Shown: positions 54,878 to 64,000 of the stretch, piece by piece
How positions within the stretch are numbered: position 1 is the first letter of the stretch
How the letters are laid out: each line of letters opens with the position of its first letter
NCBI GenBank assembly: GCA_964016885.1
Contig: OZ024747.1
Location: 58,342,001 to 58,406,000 of the forward strand
Reading direction: 5' to 3'
Length of the DNA stretch: 64,000 nt
From: Eledone cirrhosa
Lineage: Eukaryota
Notes under the pieces: model-generated
Database searches by the model: none
What the model was told of the DNA's origin: nothing
The model's input: the letters and a program-made list of their open reading frames with translations, nothing else
Made by a program: the position numbers and the translations under genes

Positions 54878-55620
54878 TTCAAAATAAATTTTTCTTCATA
54901 ACATTTTGAATTTTAGAAATTTAAAATAATTATATTATAATATTAATACAAGTACCCATCAACTTTTAAAACCTAAAATGTTGATTCTTTACCCTGAAAT
55001 AACATAAATTAAATATTTTGAAAATTAACTGCCAAGACTACATATGAATCTGTGTGTATATAGAAACTTGAGCATAAATTACTCCCCTTTGTCTCTCCCT
55101 CTCTTTATTTATCTGTCATTTGTCTTCTCAAGCTAAATACTAAATAAGTTATAACTTCAGCTACGTCTTCCTCTATACTATCCTCTACCGCATAGTTCTA
55201 TAGTAGTATTTTAAATATAAAAAATTCTATAACTGTTGCATTGAGGCAATGTATTTCTTAAAATATATTACTCACACTCTCTCTATTGATTCTATTACGT
55301 TTTCTCATGTTCTCAATATTAGGGTATAAATATTGAGTTTTCGCATAAATTAATCACTACCTTGATTAAATCTTAACCATCTACCATGTAAGGGTATGTC
55401 ATGTATCATTTTATTTTATCTGATGAGGACGTACTGTTGAACTTAATTCAGTACCTCTGAAATATGTATAATAACATTTAATTGATCACAAGAATATCTA
55501 TTTTGTTAATATTTGAATTTAATATTAATAACTCTGGAAACATTTTTTTTAGTAGAGTGCTTCCAATCTACTGTAAAACTCATTCTTTGATGTACTCATT
55601 GAATCTTGTTTAACTCTTTA
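54873..55620 (+). mobile_element. HHR-bearing AT-rich insert between (TA)n tracts (related to family F)
   Basis: HHR at 55416-55474; GAGTGCT at 55555. Confidence 0.65.
55416..55474 (+). ncRNA. Type I hammerhead ribozyme
   Basis: ttat-CTGATGA-ggacgtactg...cagtacctct-GAAA-tatgta-TA-ataa. Confidence 0.82.
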
Positions 55621-55700
<80 letters not shown>

Positions 55701-56116
55701 GTATGTGTTATATCGAACATTAATAATAATGTTCGATTCGTTTGTAAAGAAACGAGCCCGATTAGAAGTGAATGAGGAACAATTAAAATGTTTCTGGGTC
55801 ATTATCCGTCATCAGGATGTATACCTCTCTGTCAATGTGTTGACCGTTTGAAATATATATAGTATTTTCTTAAGTATATATCGACAGAGTAGTCTCATTT
55901 GCATACCGAGCGAGTTGCGGCTGGCTTTGCCGAATATTAAAAATAAAATAAGGAATTTTATTTATTGCACTAGCACAGATGATTGGTGCTTCCTTCACTC
56001 CCAAACATGCATGTGCGCGCTTCCCTGGGATGCTCAATCTTGGCTTGGCAGCCGTTGAGAATGGAGCTCCCATTGAACGCTACCGCCAAGTGCAAATCTC
56101 GCGCAGTTATTATATA

Positions 56117-56309
56117 CGAGGGCAATCCCAAAAGTAAGGTCTCCTTCCAAGGTATACATGCGTAAAGATTCGCGGATCACTCTGGATACTCTCTTCATTT
56201 TGGTTCCTGAGGTTTCCCGAAACACCATCCACAGGATTTTAACGGAAAAGTTGCAATGTCGGAATTTGTGCAGTATCGGAAGGAGACCTTACTTTTCGGA
56301 TTGCCCTAG
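56117..56309 (+). mobile_element. Internally deleted mariner (MITE-like, 193 bp) with 32-bp TIRs and TA target
   Basis: TA|cgagggcaatcccaaaagtaaggtctccttcc ... ggaaggagaccttacttttcggattgccctag|TA; interior DSRITLD...VSRNTIHRILTEKL (mariner HTH). Confidence 0.9.
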
Positions 56310-57299
56310 TATATATATATATATATACATGCATAGATCATTATTTTTCCTTCTCCATCTATATTTCTAACTTCCATTCAGATAAGGCTGATTGTAATAA
56401 TTCATATTTACTTTGAGGACAAATATTCTAAATCAAAACTCACAATTGAAGGGAACAAAAGTAAAAGGAATGTTTAAAACAATTTTGATTGTTAGTTAAA
56501 TTCTGTGGTACGCCCCTCAGCTATTAAATTTTAAAAGGACAAACTTTGTAGTATGCCTGCAAGAATTCAATTATTTTAACGTTTGGTTTAAAGTTACAGC
56601 TACTTGGATTAAAGAAAATATTATTTTGCTTAAGCACATGTAATTTACACAGATTATCAATATTATGAATGTGTAGGCTAGCTTTTTCTTAGGTGTATTG
56701 TTTGTTTCGTTGTTTTCTGTGTGTGTGATTGTGTGTATATGTGTGTTTGTGTCTGTGTGTGTGAAAATTAAATTAAATTATATATTTAATAGTGATTCGT
56801 TGCATGGACACAATGCCACCCAATAGTAGATGGTACTTTAAAACTTAGAAGGTAAAGAACCAGAACAAATACTGCTATAAATTTGTCTTACGCCCTCCCA
56901 ATTCTGTCAATCCACCAGGAAGCCCGTGAGTGGGGTAGCAGTTGCAGCCAAAGTCGCTAGTCTTTGTCCGTGGAAATGCCTTTGCAGTTTTTTTTCCATC
57001 GGACGCAACCTAAACAACGCCTACCACAGGCATAGAACGTATAACACTCTGCCTTTTTTCCGTGGCCTCATACTCTTTGCTTCCCCTACCTCTCCCTCAT
57101 TTATAGCCCTTTATTCTACTTGCCTCTACAACCAGATCTGCCCTTCTTTACCTATTCTCCCCTTTGCTTCGTTTTCTTTTTATTCACAATTTTTCTTTTT
57201 CTTTCGTATTTTCATCAATATTCGTAATGTGTTTATACACAACTGTTAAGGAAATTATATATATAATGAGTAAGAAAATTTAAACGATTAATAATTTAT

Positions 57300-57432
57300 T
57301 CTAGCATTAGCCAGGAATTTGGGAAAAGGGAAAAAGTAACCTCGGCGGATTTTGAACTCACAACAAGGGCTGTAATTCAATAACACAAAGCATGTTGTCC
57401 GACGCTCTACCGATACTGCCAATCCACTGCCC
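57300..57432 (-). mobile_element. SINE family 1, internally deleted
   Basis: cctcggcggattttgaactca...ctctaccgatactgccaatccactgccc. Confidence 0.8.
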
Positions 57433-58261
57433 TCTGTTATCTAGTGGTGAGTATAACATAATTATTATAAAAATAATGAAGACATTAGTTAAAATGTCTT
57501 ATATTTCAACATAAGTGTATAACATCAAAATGTGATCCAACAAGTGAGAAAGCGATATATCTGAATTATTTAGGTTGATTTTAATTCTAGTATATAAATA
57601 TTTCTCATCTCCAGTATATGAGCCGTTCTTGTTGATTCGGTTTTTGAGTCCCGTTTCAACTCCTATTGACTCACTGATAATCATAAACTTTCCAAACAAC
57701 ATCATGGTTTTATTTTTGTACATAGTGCACCTAGATCTATTTTGTACAATATCGTTATTTTTTAAAACAGGAGAGTGTCATCTTAGTTTAGTATGCTTGC
57801 TATTTCTAGCATACTGAGCGTATATGCGGAGATCCGCTCTCTGGCACCGTAACCTGGCAATGGCTTGTATTGCGTTATATTCTTTGGAATCGAAGACGTG
57901 AATGAAAACATAGTTTAATGCTGAAAGTTGTACAGAAAATCTACAGGTAATTCTATATAAAAAAAATAGTGCTATGATATGACTAGGTGAAGTGTGTTCT
58001 GTTGATAGGCATCCTAGCATTTTCTTAAGCAACCATTATTGCTAATGAATATAGATGGAAAACACGCACGCACTCAAACACGTTTCCACTCAAACACACA
58101 CTCATACACTTTTGTGAAGGTATATATACATATATATGTGTGTATATTTGTGCATACCATGTTATGCTATATAATCATATTCATATACCGAATAATATAG
58201 CATTTATCCAGGGTCCATATTCTTGTACAGATATAAATATAGATAGAAACACAACACACAA

Positions 58262-58323
<62 letters not shown>

Positions 58324-58328
58324 CATGA

Positions 58329-58368
<40 letters not shown>

Positions 58369-59081
58369 TGTATGTATGCATGTAAGATGTATATAATACA
58401 TATATATGTTTGTATATGTGGTATTGAGCGTCAGTGAAATTTACTTACATGTTTTCTATTTTATCTCAGCATGCATATTTGTACAAAGTAGCGGTGTCAT
58501 GAGATAAATATATACAGGGAGGGGTGCCATGTCTCATAAACTATGACTATATTTCATACATTCTCACTCACTGCACGTATCTGCACTCTTATACTTCAGT
58601 TACTCTGCTGTCATTCCCTACTCATGCCATTCCCAAATATCATTCATGCAACACACTGCCTGATTAATGAACCCCGGTTTGTTTATTTTAAAAGAGAAAT
58701 CGATATATATACAAAAACCACATTTGAATAAAAATGGTGGAAACTTTGAAATTATCATAAACTATTCTGGTACCAATTAATAAGCATAAACATGCCGGGG
58801 CGAATGCATAGATTCATTAGAAATTCGTTGAGGCTCTCTACATTCAGAGGTCAAATCTCATCGAAGTCAAATATATGTTTAATACATTAGAAGATATCTA
58901 TGAATAAAGTACTGGTTCCATATTGAAGTCATTTCTATAATTCTCTCTTCCAGTCCGTCTAACTACCTAAACGAAATATGCTGTCATATATATATTTATA
59001 TATATATATGTGTGTATATATATATAAATGTATATATATATTTATATATATATATGTGTAGAAATATATATATATATATAA

Positions 59082-59323
59082 TTATCATAATAAAATAACA
59101 GGAGGCTAGACTTGTGTAAATCCCTGAAAGGTTTATTATACTAAACCTTTCAAGGATTTACACAAGTCCATCCTCCTGTTATTTTATTATAATATTTAAC
59201 TCCGTACTCGCACCACCAACTACACAAACGAAGACGGTTGAGCTGCTTTACGTTGAGTACTCTCCATATTATTACATCAAGATTGACCATACGGAATTGT
59301 CCAGTGGTGAACCTTCAAACCTA
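59082..59323 (+). mobile_element. Fold-back element in (TA)n (arms ~59082-59135 / 59142-59193) with GAGTACT tail motif; no intact HHR
   Basis: ataataaaataacaggagg..gacttgtgtaaatcc.tgaaaggttta and its inverse. Confidence 0.7.
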
Positions 59324-60104
59324 AATATATATATATATATATATATATACATAATTATATATATGTAAACTCTTCCAAGTTTAAACCCCAATGTTACACC
59401 ATATATCACAATGTCGCACATACTACTCCATTTTTAATTCAACGATCACTAGACAGTATGCTTTATTATATTTCTGTTAAATCTTAATTACACTCGTACG
59501 TGATACGGGTGAAATAGTATAATTTTTAGTAAGTGTAATTAGTTGATAGGTTTGATTAGAATTTTGAAGGTGAATCCTGTTAAAAGTGATGTTTCGAACG
59601 GATATACTTGAAAACCGTTGTAAATTATTCGTTTCCTGTGGTTCTTCCTTCAAGAACTACCTTGCACATGTTTTAGGGACGGGTGTAAGAATAGCAATTT
59701 ACTACACTTTTCTATTGGTAATATTGCATTTTTCGTCGCTTATTAATGCTAACAGATTCGAAGTTTCATGAGAGGGAGTCCTATTCCGAATGCTTCCAGT
59801 GGAATGAACTCCGCTTAATTCCATACATCAGGCGGTGATATTAAACCAAGTGTCTGATAAATACACTTCTCGACTTGTGTGGCTTAATCGACTGGAAGCT
59901 CGACTCAAGATCTTATGGAAGGGATTTTGATACTTGGCGGCAGATTGTGTCCTTCACCAAGACACTTTATTTCACCATTCTTTAGTAAATTTTACCCGTA
60001 ATTAAAAAGGCACTCTTACTACACATGCATGGCGCTGAATCTACTTAACATCTATGTGAAAAGTACACATGATTATGAAACACTTGGCTGGGGTTGGCTT
60101 GTGT

Positions 60105-60263
60105 CTATTTATTGACACTGGTACTTCAGTATAATAAATTAGTGGTTAGGACAAAAGGCAAATCTAACCTCAGCAGTATTTGAAATCAGATCGTAAAGGG
60201 CCGTAACTCTATGCCATAAAGCATGTTGTCTGACGCTCCACCGAAACTACAAATCCCCCACCC
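60105..60263 (-). mobile_element. SINE family 1, diverged
   Basis: aaaggcaaatctaacctcagcagtatttgaaatcaga...gcatgttgtctgacgctc. Confidence 0.7.
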
Positions 60264-61090
60264 TTTGGCGTAAACATTAAAAGGTTTATAAAATAGGGGA
60301 TGGCCAATCGTATTAGGTTGTGACTTTCATTCGTTTTCATGTACTCTCATTCGATTATCAGACAAACACGGAGGTCAATTTAACAGGCTCGCTATACAAT
60401 TACGTTTAGAAATATTTTCCATATTTTCTAATGTATTGCTACTACATTTACCATGTATTTCGATTTTTGTTCTCTATTTTATACTGTATCCTGTTACACT
60501 TGTTCTGAGCACCAAGCAAAGTTGTATTATTTGAAGGATGCCAGAGTTTAAAAGGATGAAGTAACAACTGTCTTTTTAACATTGATATACAGAATATAAT
60601 ATTGACAAAAATATCCCAATGATCTATCCATTTACACGGCAAATATCCTTTTAAAAATAAATCTATGTAGAAATGAGAAAAAAACTCCTAACGTTCAATT
60701 ATTCTCCTAGAGAATTAATTAAAACCAACGTAGAAGATAGGAAAGAATACAACACTTTATAATATTTTACAGGAAACACATCAGAAAACAAAAAAAAACG
60801 TATGAATAAATAAATTTATGTAAAAAAATTCTTGATAATTAATTAGATAATTTCGATTTTTTCCTCACAAGGTTTTTACTACTTTGTTTTCATTTTGATA
60901 TTCGGCGGTTTTCGATATCACGAATTTGCGCGTAATTTTTGCTTATATCGTAAAAACTAGAAGAAAACAAACATGAATGTATTGATTGTGTTGTTGCATC
61001 ATCCGACGACTGATAGAAAATGTTCTATACCTAGAAACATTTTAATTACCTATGACTAGATTACAACATAATGTAGTTGTATTCGTCTAT

Positions 61091-61136
<46 letters not shown>

Positions 61137-61257
61137 GTAAGTATGCATGTATACGTACATACATATATGTATACAGACGTACAGTAGCACGCACATATAT
61201 ATATATATATACATATATACATACATATGCATACAGGTACACATACATATATGCACG

Positions 61258-61645
61258 TATCAGTTTAGCGGCGCTAACGTCGCTTTGTTCGTTTGTAAAC
61301 AAACTGAACAGCCTGAATTTATGCCATACGGTGTTAAGGCAACCACGTCACCTTTTTGTTCAACACTGACACAGGAACGATGTACTAGTTTCAAGCTTGT
61401 TAGCTATCATCAGCACCGTTTACCCATCTGCCAGATAGTTGAACGTTCGAAAGTATATACTTTCCTTATGAAAATTAACGGCTGAGCAGCCTAATTTGCA
61501 TATTGAGTGAGTTAAATCGGTCAGGCATACCGAAAACGATAAATTGAAACAAAATGAAAACGAAATTTCATTTCTCACTCTTAGTAAGTGCCATACTAAC
61601 TAAGAGTGAGAAATGAAATTTCGTTTTCATTTTGTTTCAATTTAT
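61258..61645 (-). mobile_element. HHR element, family H, with terminal 47-bp perfect fold-back (61539-61585 / 61599-61645)
   Basis: HHR at 61376-61420; hairpin abuts (TA)n. Confidence 0.8.
61376..61420 (-). ncRNA. Type I hammerhead ribozyme
   Basis: aacggtg-CTGATGA-t.agct(aaca)agct.t-GAAA-ctag-TA-catcgtt. Confidence 0.9.
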
Positions 61646-61700
61646 ATATATATATATATATATATATTAATCAATTTTTTAAAATATCTATATATGTATG

Positions 61701-61775
<75 letters not shown>

Positions 61776-61912
61776 GTATATATATATATATTTATATATA
61801 TGTGTGTGTATATATATATATATATGTGTGTGTGTATATATATATATATAAATGTATATATATATATATTTATATATATATATATATGGGTGTATAATAT
61901 ATATATATATAA

Positions 61913-61956
<44 letters not shown>

Positions 61957-62045
61957 ATATATAAATGTATATATATATATATTTATATATATATATATGT
62001 GTGTATATATATATATATGTGTGTGTATATATATATATATAAATG

Positions 62046-62076
<31 letters not shown>

Positions 62077-62105
62077 ATATGGGTGTATAATATATATATA
62101 TATAA

Positions 62106-62164
<59 letters not shown>

Positions 62165-62165
62165 T

Positions 62166-62310
62166 AGAAGTGGTTACACAACAGTTAGTTCACCATACCG
62201 AGAACAATTGTTTCACCGTAGCGGATCCTCAGCTCGTAATCTACTTCTACCTAACTCGTCCCATGGACTGAGTACTCTACCACTACGGATATTACCTTCC
62301 AGTGTTCTAC

Positions 62311-62314
<4 letters not shown>
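62166..62314 (+). mobile_element. Family B copy: inverted HHR-containing segment joined to the 3' tail
   Basis: Homologous to 14029-14243 but most of the right arm is absent; (TA)n flanks. Confidence 0.8.
62199..62236 (-). ncRNA. Minimal type I hammerhead ribozyme
   Basis: cgag-CTGAGGA-t.cc(gctac)gg.t-GAAA-caattg-TT-ctcg. Confidence 0.82.
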
Positions 62315-62360
<46 letters not shown>

Positions 62361-62715
62361 GTGTGAGTGTGAGTGTGTGTGTATGTGTGTGTGTGTATAG
62401 TGAGTTAGAATCTAACAGTAGTCTTTTACAATTAAATAGCTCTAAGAAAAAAGCTATTCCGAGCCGCACAATATAATTGAATAAACAAGAGAGATGAACA
62501 CTAATATAAACATACATGTCTTTGAGTCGTAAGGACCAGGTTTGGTAGGGCTAAAAAATACTAACAACAGCAATATGGATTGTCAGAGTTAATTTTAAAT
62601 ATTAAATTAAGAAAAATAACAGACCTATATTTGAAAAATCGCGTGGTAACAACGAGACAGTTTTGGAGACTGTTCCGCAACAATTGTCTGTGTTTTATAT
62701 ATATATATATATATT

Positions 62716-62791
<76 letters not shown>

Positions 62792-62815
62792 CATATATTT
62801 ATATATATATATATT

Positions 62816-62864
<49 letters not shown>

Positions 62865-63268
62865 ATTTTACACATATATAAACATATATATAATCAAAAA
62901 CAAGATGGCGTAGGACCGAACAAAGGACAGGCACAAAAACAAAGAAAATAATTGCCAGCCACTAAAGACTTCACAGAATGTGTGACGAAAGAACTTTGAC
63001 AATATATGAACAACCATCTGTTTGTGGAACCAACCAACCAACCGGAAATTTATAAATTCCTGAATTTATGGATTTAATTTATAATAAATTGAAGTGAAAG
63101 CAACTGGTGCGTGTGTTTCTTATTGGAAACATGACGCTCCCAAAGTATAAAAATATCGGTTTCAACACACGTTTTCAGATAAAGTATCTTGCTAAACAAA
63201 TTCAGAAACGAAATATATATATATATATATATATGTTTATATGTTTACATATATATATATATATATAT

Positions 63269-63400
<132 letters not shown>

Positions 63401-63559
63401 TTATATATATATATATATATTTTTTTATATATATATATATTTTTTTATATATATATATATATGTTTATATATATATATATTTTTTATATATATATATATA
63501 TGTTTATATATATATATAAATATATATATATATGTTTATATAAATATATATATATATAT

Positions 63560-63890
63560 TAGAAACCGAGTTTTTTTACATAATGAAAAATGACCGATGT
63601 GTCCTACACGACTGAAAGTATAAAGTAAAATAGATAAAATTGAAAATGCAACTGGAGTCTTATTTAAAAAAATATATATATATTTATTTAGTTCCTTTAC
63701 CGGTTTCGCAGTTCTTCTGCTTTTCAAAAGTAGAGTTGAGATGGAGGGTATGTGGTTTTTCTCACAGACGCTCCATCTCAACTCTACTTTTGAAAAGCAG
63801 AAGAACTGCGAAACCGGTAAAGGAACCAAATAAATATATATATATTTTTTTAAAATAAGACTCCAGTTGCATTTTCGATTTCATCATTTT
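63560..63890 (-). mobile_element. Fold-back HHR element, family I (arms ~63637-63746 / 63771-63881)
   Basis: ~110-bp near-perfect arms; HHRs at 63695-63730 (-) and 63787-63822 (+); TA flanks. Confidence 0.85.
63787..63822 (+). ncRNA. Type I hammerhead ribozyme, U3-A8 core variant (mirror at 63695-63730)
   Basis: ctt-TTGAAAA-gcag(aagaa)ctgc-GAAA-ccgg-TA-aag. Confidence 0.75.
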
Positions 63891-63907
63891 TTTCTTTATA
63901 TATATAT

Positions 63908-63949
<42 letters not shown>

Positions 63950-63963
63950 ATATATATATATAC

Positions 63964-64000
<37 letters not shown>

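Overview
AT-rich, microsatellite-laden eukaryotic DNA with no host gene I can support. The SINE content looks octopus/mollusc-like (inference). The window is made almost entirely of mobile DNA: a Tx1/L1-clade LINE cluster plus an R4/Dong-type RLE fragment on (TAA)n (1-7.2 kb), a near-full RTE LINE (9.5-12.4 kb), maT and mariner remnants, two tRNA-SINE families, a 3.7-kb 33-bp minisatellite, and a Neptune-type Penelope-like element (PLE) with an open 758-aa RT/GIY-YIG ORF. The main signal is about 15 short, sequence-diverse inserts in (TA)n tracts. Most carry a type I hammerhead ribozyme (HHR; about 12 intact-looking motifs read by eye, including U3-A8 core variants), and most end in an inverted fold-back duplication of up to 170 bp. 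Several unrelated families share a GAGTRCY motif 44-68 nt from the 3' end. They are best read as PLE pseudo-LTR ends or non-autonomous ribozyme elements mobilised by a Neptune-like RT. A second candidate is a 40-nt GT-AG intron that would fuse Tx1 ORF1 to ORF2 in frame. All structures were read manually and element boundaries are approximate.
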